This document shows positions 39,325 to 49,296 of a stretch of 64,000 bases of DNA, one piece after another (position 1 is the stretch's first letter; every line of letters starts with the position of its first letter). The stretch is taken from positions 2,643 to 66,642 of the forward strand of contig MCFE01000495.1 of assembly GCA_002104905.1 (NCBI GenBank), given 5' to 3'. The position numbers and the translations under genes were made by a program. Below the pieces are notes generated by a model. The model did no database searches and had not been told where the DNA came from. It saw only the letters and a list, made by a program, of their open reading frames with translations. The DNA comes from Basidiobolus meristosporus CBS 931.73 (lineage: Eukaryota; Fungi; Basidiobolomycota).

Positions 39325-40505
39325 AGGCGCGGGCCAGATCGGGCGACACGTTTGTTACGTACGATCTATGGATGTTGTGGGACCTGCTATCTTCATCACC
39401 CAGACAATGGATAGCAGTTCTAGAGAAACTCGACTCACCCCGTGAATTCCTGGATCAATTTGAAACCACCACCATCACCATCATCATTACTGCCACCGTG
39501 ATCAAAGTGATGGCTTGTTTCATGCAGCCGCCATGTCAGCGACATGATTCGGCGGTGGCGAAAACTGGTTGTCGATGCAGTAGAATTTTCCGGATACCAC
39601 TCACGGACTCCCTTGAGAAATTCCCCTTTTTCCCAATGCATCCACTCCCCCCCCCCTATACCACAACCCTAACCCTACGGGTTGGAGCCCCTTGGATCTA
39701 GCTAACACTACAACCTCCCAGGTGCTTGACGTGAGTGATTTCGCTTTCCTTCACTTCACACAAGCTTTAGGCCCTTGGTACGCGCATACGCACACTCCCC
39801 ACAACCTGCTTAGCCCACCTCCCCCTTCCCCTTCCTCTTCCTCTTCCTCTTCCTCTTCCCAAACTCGCTCCCCTTGACCTCAGGAAACCTCGTTGTACGA
39901 TGAGTATGACCACGTTGAAAGTGAACAAGAAATTGTTCAAGTCCTGGTACGAAGTGAAGACCACGCACCAGGACGTGCTCTACAAGTACCAGCGCTCCCC
40001 CGAACATATCAACGAGGACGTGTTACTTCCGGTGGCCGGTGGCCTCGACGCGTGGAAGGTCACCACCTCCACCAACCTGGCCCACGCCCTGGTCACCAAC
40101 CACCACCGCTCGCACCAGGTGGCGGTGACGTTTGAGTTCGAGCTGTTCCGCTCGGTCTTCGACTTCGAGAAGGACCGGTTCTTCTGGATCCTGGAACCGG
40201 ACGACACCGCACGTCTGTACAAGAACCGGAAGGAGAGGGTGGCCAGCCTGCACGCCTCCTACCACACCTCGATCTCCGGCAGCGAGCTGGAGGTGGCCTC
40301 CGGTTTGGGGCCCGCGCTGCAGGCGGTCGTCATCTGCAGCGGCCTGAAAACGTTGCAACTCATGGAGAACCAAGGAAGGACGTTCAGCGAGCTAAGAAGA
40401 CGGTTGAAGTCCCAGGAACAGTTGCGGGAGGATGCGTTGACCGAGGGGACCATGATGGCTAGTGCCAGCAGTAATCTTGCCGGTAGTTTGACGTTTCTCA
40501 TATAG
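39325..40505 (+). CDS. Multi-exon hypothetical protein (last exons ~39702-39777 and 39884-40505; 5' structure uncertain)
   Basis: GC3-rich 201-aa ORF preceded by an acceptor after a pyrimidine (CTCTTC)n tract. Joining TG|G continues the upstream exon frame. No family recognised. Confidence 0.6.
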
Positions 40506-40903
40506 GCTTATCCTCAGGTCACTCCCCCACCACCACCACCACCACATTGCTGTTCATAAGTAACCATCATTCATCATCCAATCCTCCAAGTGAGCATATA
40601 CCGCTATGCCCCCAAGCCACCCTTCCCTTCCCCCACCAGAATCCCCATTAATCCCACCCCACCATGGTGGCCTACCTTTCCTGGACGAAACCCTAATCCT
40701 ATCCAACAATAGAAGCGAACAATAAACCCAGGAATCCCGACCGATGAGCATTCGTGTAGCAAGCAATTTATTAAGATTAGTTGGATTAAGTGAAAGAACA
40801 TTACAGGTATGCAGTATGTACTGAATGAGGGGGGACTATATATACATGGGTGATAGTGCTGAAGGGGGATGGGGAGCGGGAGCGGGGAGGTGGGGTTCCT
40901 CCA

Positions 40904-42061
40904 CTACTCGCTCACGTCTAAGTCGTCCCGGAGCTTCTCCTCGAAATGAACCATCATGGGGGCATCGATGGCGATGCACATCTCCTGGCTCTCGTCCAGG
41001 TCGAAGTCGGACAGTGTCTCGCTGGTGCTGTCAAGCGGGAGGTATCCATGGCGGCCTACGTGGGTGGGCAATAACTCGGGAGTTCCCTTGAGGGGGCCGT
41101 CCCATTGGGGCGCGATGCGTCCCTTGTAAACGATGATGAAGCACACGAATGCGTAGACGAAACCGCCTATCAGGTCGACCAGGTAATGATGACGTAGGTA
41201 GAGACACGCCCACCAGATCCAGGTGATGTAGAGAAGGTTGAATGGGATGAGGTAGGGTTTCAGATGGGCCAAGAATAGGTTGATCATCACGGCGCATCCG
41301 CTGTGCAAACTTGGGAACGCACCGAACACGAGTGGGGAGTTTCCAAACGTGTTTCCGTAGAGGTTCACATGCAGAATCTTGTCGATCCTGGCCAGACCCC
41401 CGGGCTCGCCGTGGATGGAATAGTTGGCGGGGTGGAGTCCATAGAGGTAGAGGTACCATGGGGATGCGGTGGGGAACAGGAGCTGGGTGGTGACTCCAGC
41501 CAGATTCAGGTAGCCATAGGCCCGCACGAACTTGGGAAGCGTCCCTTTCGGGCCAAGGAAATACATCAACGGGATGGCGATGAACCCGTTGATGAAATGC
41601 AACACGCCGTACACAATCCAGGCCAGGATATCCTTCCAGTCCGAGGGATTGCTGGCCAGTTTGTCCGACAGGTTTCCGCCAAAGAGAAGCTCCTCAAGCT
41701 TAGGCAAAAGAGTGACGTTGATGCTGGGACGAAGGTGGGTGGGAATCCCGCCACAGGAGGTGAACAACGAGAGCCAGGCAAGCACAGGCAACGCAGGTCG
41801 AATGATCTCTCGTGAGCGAGGTACGAAGTAATACACAGCCCCACCAACTAACACTAGGGCGAGCTTCAACGTCCAGTGCAGTGAGCCCCAAACGAAGAAC
41901 GGGGTGAAGGCAAGACATAGAAAGGGGATCTCAACGAAGGACAAATAAACCGACAGCTTGTCGAAAAAAAGGTAGTAGGCCGTGAGCAACGGCTTGAGGT
42001 CCATGATGAGTAAGTAGTGGATGCGGGGGAGTGGTGTGACTGAGCCGCCTCGAGCGATCAT
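40904..42061 (-). CDS. AUR1: Inositol phosphorylceramide synthase (PAP2-like); start could be 42061 or 42004
   Basis: Multi-TM protein with AUR1 motifs FPTASPWY, GEPGGLARID, FGAFPSLHSG and YLRHHYLVDL (catalytic His/Asp). Confidence 0.92.
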   Translation of the reverse strand: MIARGGSVTPLPRIHYLLIMDLKPLLTAYYLFFDKLSVYLSFVEIPFLCLAFTPFFVWGSLHWTLKLALVLVGGAVYYFVPRSREIIRPALPVLAWLSLFTSCGGIPTHLRPSINVTLLPKLEELLFGGNLSDKLASNPSDWKDILAWIVYGVLHFINGFIAIPLMYFLGPKGTLPKFVRAYGYLNLAGVTTQLLFPTASPWYLYLYGLHPANYSIHGEPGGLARIDKILHVNLYGNTFGNSPLVFGAFPSLHSGCAVMINLFLAHLKPYLIPFNLLYITWIWWACLYLRHHYLVDLIGGFVYAFVCFIIVYKGRIAPQWDGPLKGTPELLPTHVGRHGYLPLDSTSETLSDFDLDESQEMCIAIDAPMMVHFEEKLRDDLDVSE

Positions 42062-43188
42062 TAAATACTCTCCCTGGTGGTCCCATTCAACCGCGCAGCG
42101 TGTCGGGAAAACTTGCCGCTCCGGATTTGCCGAATCACATTTTCACGTTCACACCACGGCTCCCCTCGATCTCGCCAGATTCTCTGCTCGACCCATCAGC
42201 ACAGTTGCCTTTTTCAAGAGCCATTTGATGGATTCGGCAATGATTGATTTGTCGCGGTTCCACCAGCACCAAATCATCCACCGATGCGACCGGAATATGG
42301 ACTTCGAATCGAAAATGTAGGCGAGGTAATTCCGGATTCCATGAGCGATATCTGAGTGGATCAAATTACCCGGGATGAGGGAAGCAGATCCTATCGACCA
42401 ATCCATACTTGGGATTGGGAACGCACTGAAAAAAAATTCAGACTACAATATTTCTCCACATAGTCTTTTCGGACAGGGATAACTGATTTGATTGTATTGT
42501 CATCATTGAAATTTTAGATCAGTTCAGTCTGTGTTTCGAAACCGTGGACGTTTGATCGATTTCAGACGCCCAAACCGCTCGACCACCTAACTTGATCTGC
42601 AAGGAGAACGATCATGTAGGTTATGTGGCTAACTATGATTTAGTCTTCGGACCTCATTGCCCAAGTATCTCCGTGGATCCCACTTCACCGCAGTCTATCA
42701 GATGACGGTTATTTTTTTGGAATATTGTCACACTTGGTGACGTAATGTCGTCATCGAATTGCAAATGGTTTTAGGTGAAACCGTAGTAGATTTTTTTTGT
42801 TGCCATTAGTAACTTTGACGTAGAGGAGCATATGAAGAAATCCAGGTTGGTCTCGCATTGAAGAAGGCATAGAGGCTACGCGGGGAGACGGGGACTAAAC
42901 TTCAGCTAACCCACCCCAATCAGCGACGTCGCGGGCGAAAATTAGACCGCGCGTGGCCTGAGCCAATTCCTAGTGTCGGGAAGATGGGCTCTGGTTTTCA
43001 TGGATCCAACCACTGGCATCTTCGTATCGGCCGACACTGCAGATAGCACCCTGCCGTGCCGAGCTCTGATTGCTGGAAGTTGGATGGCCGTTACTTTATT
43101 GACAGTAAGCGTAAATTTTATTGGGCTGTTGATATGATACATTGATGGGGAAGTTGCATGGTCATATTTATATTGCGGCTCTATACTG

Positions 43189-44580
43189 TCATGGCTCGAT
43201 GAGCCACGGATATGCATCAACCAAAGTGGGTTTAGGAATCTGACCTAAACTTTGATCAAGCAGGTGGATCAAGGATTCGATCTCGTTGATCTCCATGTCG
43301 TGGTTTTCATTCCAACTTTCCGCCATGTAGACGAGATAATTTTGCTCCAGCAGATGGCTCTGCTCCCAGAAGCAGCTCTGAAAACGCTTCACCGGCATGA
43401 ACTCCAGGATAAGAGTGTTGGCGGAGGCGAAGCGACCGTTGTGCAGGGCGGAACCGTGGGGCGCAATGATGGCCCTCACGTTGCGGGAGAAGTATTCGGC
43501 AATCTCTTGGACGCTGGTGTAGTTCCGACGATCAAAGAGCACCAGCTGCTCCCCCAAGCCTCGCCTACGTAGTAACCCCTCCAACTCGTGCAGGAGTTTT
43601 TCCTCGTTCATGATTCTTCGGCCGCTGTTGGCGACGTCTCCATAGCTTCTGGACATGTACAACACGACCTTTCGCTCGGATAGTGGTACCTTGTGAATAT
43701 CCACACCCATCATTTCGGAGACCCGCTGAGTCGTGTACGGGTGGATCAACGGTGCTCTGCACGAGAAGATGAGGGTCTTCGCTGACTGCGCCTGTGTGAT
43801 GCCCGGTTGGTAGTGATGATGATTTTTGACTCCCATCAAATTGTACATCTCGTCGACGAACGGAGAATTGGGTTTCCTGCCCGAGAGTACCGTGGCGTTG
43901 TCACGTGTCTCTTGATCCATTGCAAACAAAGATTGAGTCCAGACGACGGTGACTCTGTCTAGGAAGTGCTGCCAGCTCCAGGAGTCCGGGGAGGTTGCAA
44001 CCACCAGGGTCTCGTGATCGTACTGTTGCTTTGCTTCACTTGACTTGGGATTCTCCAGGAAAGACTGGTGCGAAGCTCCAAAGCTCATGCAGGCTAGTGA
44101 ACTCCAATCATCGGGGGGTGGGGACCCGGTGTACTGGGTGTTGCTAAAGACTAGATTTTGGGCGTTTGTGGTGGGGTAGTCGGCCCATTCCTTATCGTTA
44201 CTCACCCTCATCCTATCCAGGTCGGCCACCGCATCTAACCATAGCGTTTTCTGCTGCTCAGAAATAAAGCGAGGGACCCTGAGACGAAACGACCTGTAAA
44301 TCAATTCCTGGGCTTTAATCAGATTGGAGTCGGGCGTACGCTTTTGGATACACGGCGCAGAGTTTCTGTGTAGGCCATCAACACACTCATCAAGTATCAA
44401 TGGGATCCAAGCGTCCGAATTTAAGCCAGAGTGATGGCTTCGTGAGGATGAGGGGCTGGCATATCTCCCGCCATTGGGTAGGATTGTGGTGCTGAAGGGC
44501 TCTCTACTCAGGGTGAAGTAAAGAACCACTGACGCCACCATCAGTAGTGGTATCGCAAGCTTTAACCGTCTTGGTGCCAT
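43189..44580 (-). CDS. Glycosyltransferase family 61 (DUF563)-like type II membrane protein
   Basis: N-terminal anchor (MAPRRLKLAIPLLMVASVVLYFTL), YMSR..RRIMNEEKL, and IIAPHGSALHN..F....ILEF matching the GT61 HGAGLxN motif. An upstream in-frame ATG lies at 44613. Confidence 0.8.
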   Translation of the reverse strand: MAPRRLKLAIPLLMVASVVLYFTLSREPFSTTILPNGGRYASPSSSRSHHSGLNSDAWIPLILDECVDGLHRNSAPCIQKRTPDSNLIKAQELIYRSFRLRVPRFISEQQKTLWLDAVADLDRMRVSNDKEWADYPTTNAQNLVFSNTQYTGSPPPDDWSSLACMSFGASHQSFLENPKSSEAKQQYDHETLVVATSPDSWSWQHFLDRVTVVWTQSLFAMDQETRDNATVLSGRKPNSPFVDEMYNLMGVKNHHHYQPGITQAQSAKTLIFSCRAPLIHPYTTQRVSEMMGVDIHKVPLSERKVVLYMSRSYGDVANSGRRIMNEEKLLHELEGLLRRRGLGEQLVLFDRRNYTSVQEIAEYFSRNVRAIIAPHGSALHNGRFASANTLILEFMPVKRFQSCFWEQSHLLEQNYLVYMAESWNENHDMEINEIESLIHLLDQSLGQIPKPTLVDAYPWLIEP

Positions 44581-45158
44581 GGAAATTCGGAGGTTATTTT
44601 GGCAGCTGGCCATTTTATATAGCCAAAGCTTCTAAACCGGTTGAGTTCCTTTGAAGAATACTCTCCGGAAGCCACTTGCCCAATTCGGCGAACTCTGACC
44701 AGTTCGTCTACTAAAGAATAATCGTAATTTTCAGCCCCAAAGTGGGCAACACTATACCAAGGAGAAGTGTATTCCGGACTCACAATTTGTCTGTCAGACT
44801 AAGAATTACCAACTGGGTAATGAAAGAATTATATGCATCAATCAGTTACTCTATTAGCCGCTCGGGGGTAGAGTCTATTTATAGAGAGCTTTTAATATAC
44901 AAGGCGGGTTTGTTTAGTAGTTTGTGAAATTAACTTATTATTGGCGATTAGTCAACGCTTAATACCTCTAGGTTGATTTAATTGTTGGAGCTAAATTCGA
45001 CGGCTGATTCTGGATGTTCATGTATTAAGGTTACTCGTGTATATGTGGTTTTGTCTCGAGTGTTTTCAATAATGGCCAAATCAACGATCGAGTGAACAAC
45101 GTTTATTGGGTATAACAGAAATGTTCTAGTATCTATAGTGCAGGAATCAGTTCTACCT

Positions 45159-45833
45159 CTAGTACTTGTATTTGCCATTACCATTACCATTGCCACTATA
45201 GTCATCGTAGTCACCTCCACCACCACCACCGCCATACTTCTTACCATGACCATTGCCGTCATAATCGTCGTAGTCACCGCCACCACCACCACCACCACCG
45301 TACTTCTTACCATGACCGTTGCCATCGTAGTCATCATAGTCACCGCCACCACCACCGCCATACTTCTTGCCGCGGCCATGACCGTCATAGTCGTCGTAGT
45401 CACCACCGCCACCACCACCATACTTCTTTCCTTTACCATGGCCATCATAGTCGTCATCATAATCGCCGTCGCCACCACCACCGCCATACTTCTTTCCATG
45501 GCCATTGCCATCGTAGTCATCGTCGTAGTCACCACCACCACCACCGCCACCATACTTCTTTCCTTTACCATGGCCATCATAATCATCGTCGTAATCGCCA
45601 CCACCACCACCGCCATATTTCTTTCCACGGCCGTTGCCGTCGTAGTCGTCGTCGTAGTCACCACCACCACCGCCGCCGCCATATTTCTTTCCATGGCCAT
45701 TGCCATTGCCATCATAGTCATCATAGTCACCCACGCCTTTGTAGCCTGGGTCGTAAGAGCGTTCCATGACTGTAGCGTTGATGGCCAATGCAGCCGAGAG
45801 AACAACAAGAAGAGTAGCGCTGGAGTACTTCAT
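45159..45833 (-). CDS. Secreted Gly/Asp/Tyr/Lys/His repeat protein, copy A (224 aa, 8 GKK repeats)
   Basis: Signal peptide MKYSSATLLVVLSAALAINA. Repeats YG(3-8)DYDD(D)YDG(N/H)G(H/R/K)GKK, ending GKYKY. TATATATA upstream and AATAAA downstream. Confidence 0.9.
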   Translation of the reverse strand: MKYSSATLLVVLSAALAINATVMERSYDPGYKGVGDYDDYDGNGNGHGKKYGGGGGGGDYDDDYDGNGRGKKYGGGGGGDYDDDYDGHGKGKKYGGGGGGGDYDDDYDGNGHGKKYGGGGGDGDYDDDYDGHGKGKKYGGGGGGDYDDYDGHGRGKKYGGGGGGDYDDYDGNGHGKKYGGGGGGGGDYDDYDGNGHGKKYGGGGGGGDYDDYSGNGNGNGKYKY

Positions 45834-46000
45834 ATTGAAAGCGTTGGAATGTCTTGCCACAAGTAGCTATGAGGGATATATATACTATGGCCTGGATGTA
45901 GATCCATCCAGTGTAAGCTCCCCTTTGTGTGCAGTATCCTGCATTTCGAAGTGCTGGAGGCGTGATCGATCAGGATGGTACAGCTGGACAGGTTTCTTCA

Positions 46001-46095
46001 AATAAACCTTAACAAACACCTGAGTAGATGCTGAGAACCAATGAAGCTGTTAGGGGTGAGGAGTGTGGACCAAAACCCCATCGTCAGATTTGGTT
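46001..46095 (+). repeat. 95-bp module S, copy 1 (spacer of the A|B palindrome)
   Basis: Bounded by AATAAACCTTAAC ... GTCAGATTTGGTT; near-identical to 47037-47131. Confidence 0.9.
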
Positions 46096-46264
46096 GAAGT
46101 AACCTGTCCAGCTGTACCACCCTGATCGATCACGCCTCCAGCACTTCGAAATGCAGGATACTGCACACAAAGGGGAGCTTACACTGGATGGATCTACATC
46201 CAGGCCATAGTATATATATCCCTCATAGCTACTTGTGGCAAGACATTCCGATTACTTCTCTAAC

Positions 46265-46855
46265 ATGAAATACTCCAGTGCCACTCTTCTTGTTGTTCTC
46301 TCGGCTGCATTGGCCATCAACGCCACAGTCATGGAACGCTCCTACGACCCAGGCTACAAAGGCGTGGGCGACTACGATGACTATGATGGCAATGGCAATG
46401 GCCATGGAAAGAAATATGGCGGTGGTGGTCGTGGTGGTGACTACGACGACGACTACGACGGCAACGGCCGTGGAAAGAAATATGGCGGCGGTGGTGGTGG
46501 CGATTACGACGATGACTATGACGGCCATGGTAAAGGAAAGAAGTATGGTGGTGGTGATGACTATGACGATGACTACGATGGCCATGGTAAAGGAAAGAAG
46601 TATGGCGGTGGTGATGACTACGACGATGACTACGATGGCAATGGCCATGGAAAGAAATATGGTGGTGGTGGTGGCGGTGGAGATTACGATGACGATTATG
46701 ATGGCCACGGCCGTGGAAAGAAGTATGGTGGTGGCGGCGGTGGTGACTACGACGACTATGACGGTCATGGCCGCGGCAAGAAGTATGGTGGTGGTGGTGG
46801 CGGTGACTATGATGACTACGATGGCAATGGCCACGCCGGAAAATACAAGTATTAG
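46265..46855 (+). CDS. Secreted Gly/Asp/Tyr/Lys/His repeat protein, copy B (196 aa, 7 GKK repeats)
   Basis: Same architecture as copy A. TATA at ~46211, AATAAA at ~46907. Confidence 0.9.
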   Translation: MKYSSATLLVVLSAALAINATVMERSYDPGYKGVGDYDDYDGNGNGHGKKYGGGGRGGDYDDDYDGNGRGKKYGGGGGGDYDDDYDGHGKGKKYGGGDDYDDDYDGHGKGKKYGGGDDYDDDYDGNGHGKKYGGGGGGGDYDDDYDGHGRGKKYGGGGGGDYDDYDGHGRGKKYGGGGGGDYDDYDGNGHAGKYKY

Positions 46856-47036
46856 TGGTAGACCTGATTCCTGCGCTATAGATACTAGAACAACTCTACT
46901 ATACCCAATAAACGCTGTTTACCCTATCATATCTATTGAAAGATCACTCTTATTGTGAATTCTGAAGAGTGGCTCAAACAAGTGTAAATAACAATCAGAA
47001 TCGGGTGATCCGATCGACGCTTCCATGTGAACGTCA

Positions 47037-47131
47037 AACAAACCTTAACAAACATCTGAGTAGATGCTGAGAACCAATGAAGCTGTTAGGGGTGAGGAGT
47101 GTGGATCAAAACCCCATCGTTAGATTTGGTT
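47037..47131 (+). repeat. 95-bp module S, copy 2 (B|C direct junction)
   Basis: Bounded by AACAAACCTTAAC ... GTTAGATTTGGTT. Confidence 0.9.
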
Positions 47132-47300
47132 GAAGTAACCTGTCCAGCCGTACCACCCTGATCGATCACGCCTCCAGCACTTCGAAATGCAGGATACTGC
47201 ACACAAAGGGGAGCTTACACTGGATGGATCTACATCCAGGCCATAGTATATATATCCCTCATAGCTACTTGTGGCAAGACATTCCAATCACTTCTCCAAC

Positions 47301-48017
47301 ATGAAATACTCCAGTGCCACTCTTCTTGTTGTTCTCTCGGCTGCTTTGGCCATCAACGCCACAGTCATGGAACGCTCTTACGACCCAGGCTACAAAGGCG
47401 TGGGTGACTACGATGACTATGATGGCAATGGCAATGGCCATGGAAAGAAATATGGCGGTGGTGGTGGTGGTGGCGATTATGACGATGACTACGATGGCCA
47501 TGGTAAAGGAAAGAAATATGGCGGTGGTGGTGGTGGCGATTACGACGATGACTATGACGGCCATGGTAAAGGAAAGAAGTATGGCGGTGGTGATGACTAC
47601 GACGATGACTACGATGGCAATGGCCATGGAAAGAAATATGGTGGTGGTGGTGGCGGTGGAGATTACGATGACGATTATGATGGCCACGGCCGTGGAAAGA
47701 AGTATGGTGGTGGTGGCGGTGGTGACTACGACGACTATGACGGTCATGGCCGCGGCAAGAAGTATGGCGGTGGTGGTGGCGGTGACTATGATGACTACGA
47801 TGGCAACGGTCATGGTAAGAAGTACGGTGGTGGTGGCGGCGGTGATCATGATGACTACGATGGCAATGGTCACGGCAAGAAGTATGGCGGTGGTGGTGGC
47901 GGTGACTACGATGACTACGATGGCAATGGCCATGGTAAGAAGTACGGTGGTGGTGGTGGTAGTGGTGACTATGATGATTACGACGGCAATGGCAACGGCG
48001 GAAAATACAAGTATTAG
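47301..48017 (+). CDS. Secreted Gly/Asp/Tyr/Lys/His repeat protein, copy C (238 aa, 9 GKK repeats)
   Basis: Same architecture as copy A. Promoter nearly identical to that of B. Confidence 0.9.
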   Translation: MKYSSATLLVVLSAALAINATVMERSYDPGYKGVGDYDDYDGNGNGHGKKYGGGGGGGDYDDDYDGHGKGKKYGGGGGGDYDDDYDGHGKGKKYGGGDDYDDDYDGNGHGKKYGGGGGGGDYDDDYDGHGRGKKYGGGGGGDYDDYDGHGRGKKYGGGGGGDYDDYDGNGHGKKYGGGGGGDHDDYDGNGHGKKYGGGGGGDYDDYDGNGHGKKYGGGGGSGDYDDYDGNGNGGKYKY

Positions 48018-48197
48018 TGGTAGACCTGATTCCTGCGCTATAGATACTAGAACAACTCTACTATACCCAATAAACGCTGTTTACCCTATCATATCTATTG
48101 AAAGATCACCCTTACTGTGAATTCTGAAGAGTGGCTCAAACAAGTGTAAATAACAATCAGAATCGGTTGGTCCGATCGACGCTCCGATGTGAACACC

Positions 48198-48292
48198 AAC
48201 CAAACCTAACGATGGGGTTTTGGTCCACACTCCCCACCCCTAACAGCTTCATTGGTTCTCAGCATCTACTCAGATGTTTGTTAAGGTTTGTT
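48198..48292 (-). repeat. 95-bp module S, copy 3, inverted (spacer of the C|D palindrome)
   Basis: AACCAAACCTAAC ... GTTAAGGTTTGTT; reverse complement of copies 1 and 2. Confidence 0.9.
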
Positions 48293-48473
48293 TGACGTTC
48301 ACATGGAAGCGTCGATCGGATCACCCGATTCTGATTGTTATTTACACTTGTTTGAGCCACTCTTCAGAATTCACAATAAGAGTGATCTTTCAATAGATAT
48401 GATAGGGTAAACAGAGTTTATTGGGTATAGTAGAGTTGTTCTAGTATCTATAGTGCAGGAATCAGGTCTACCA

Positions 48474-49199
48474 CTAATACTTGTATTTTCCGCCGTTGCC
48501 ATTGCCGTCGTAATCATCATAGTCACCACCACCACCACCACCACCGTACTTCTTACCATGGCCATTGCCATCGTAGTCATCGTAGTCACCGCCACCACCA
48601 CCGCCATACTTCTTGCCGTGACCATTGCCATCGTAGTCATCATAATCACCGCCGCCACCACCACCGTACTTCTTACCATGACCGTTGCCATCGTAGTCAT
48701 CATAGTCACCGCCACCACCACCGCCATACTTCTTGCCGCGGCCATGACCGTCATAGTCGTCGTAGTCACCACCGCCACCACCACCATACTTCTTTCCTTA
48801 CGCATGGCCATCATAGTCGTCATCATAATCGCCGTCGCCACCACCACCGCCATACTTCTTTCCATGGCCATTGCCATCGTAGTCATCGTCGTAGTCACCA
48901 CCACCACCACCGCCACCATACTTCTTTCCTTTACCATGACCGTCATAGTCGTCATCGTAATCGCCACCACCACCACCGCCATATTTCTTTCCACGGCCGT
49001 TGCCATCGTAGTCATCGTCGTAGTCACCACCATCACCGCCGCCGCCATATTTCTTTCCATGGCCATTGCCATTGCCATCATAGTCATCGTAGTCACCCAC
49101 GCCTTTGTAGCCTGGGTCGTAAGAGCGTTCCATGACTGTAGCGTTGACGGCCAAAGCAGCCGAGAGAACAACAAGAAGAGTAGCGCTGGAGTACTTCAT
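48474..49199 (-). pseudogene. Repeat protein copy D with one in-frame TAA at 48798-48800 (truncated allele or sequencing error)
   Basis: GGT AAA is replaced by GCG TAA. The frame continues to the normal GKYKY-stop at 48474. Its upstream region differs from that of A/B/C. Confidence 0.8.
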
Positions 49200-49256
49200 A
49201 TTGAAAGAGTTGGAATGATTAGCTAGAAACGGTCACCGCCGGCTTATATATTGTGT

Positions 49257-49296
49257 ATGGATGCGGATGGATGCGGATGGATGCGGATGAATGCGG
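49257..49296. repeat. (GGATGCGGAT)n 10-bp minisatellite upstream of copy D
   Basis: About four units are directly visible. Confidence 0.8.

Noticed and set aside
42149-42406. 85-aa ORF upstream of AUR1
   Set aside because: No recognisable motif or convincing splice link. It may be UTR/uORF but is unsupported.
45159-49199. CRISPR-like repeat-spacer appearance
   Set aside because: The repeats are in-frame coding units with no unique spacers, the context is eukaryotic, and there are no cas genes.
45159-49199. Enkephalin mimicry (KK-YGGG) or a complete dikaritin RiPP cluster
   Set aside because: Opioid peptides need Phe4 (YGGF), which is absent. No DUF3328/UstYa oxidase or tyrosinase is visible in the window.
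45138-49226. Long hydrophobic antisense ORFs (MAIAIVVIVV...) and Met/Thr/Val-rich shifted-frame ORFs over the repeat genes
   Set aside because: They are shadows of GGT/GGC/GAC/TAC codon repeats, which lack stops in the other frames. Only the Gly-rich frame has a signal peptide, TATA box and poly(A) signal.
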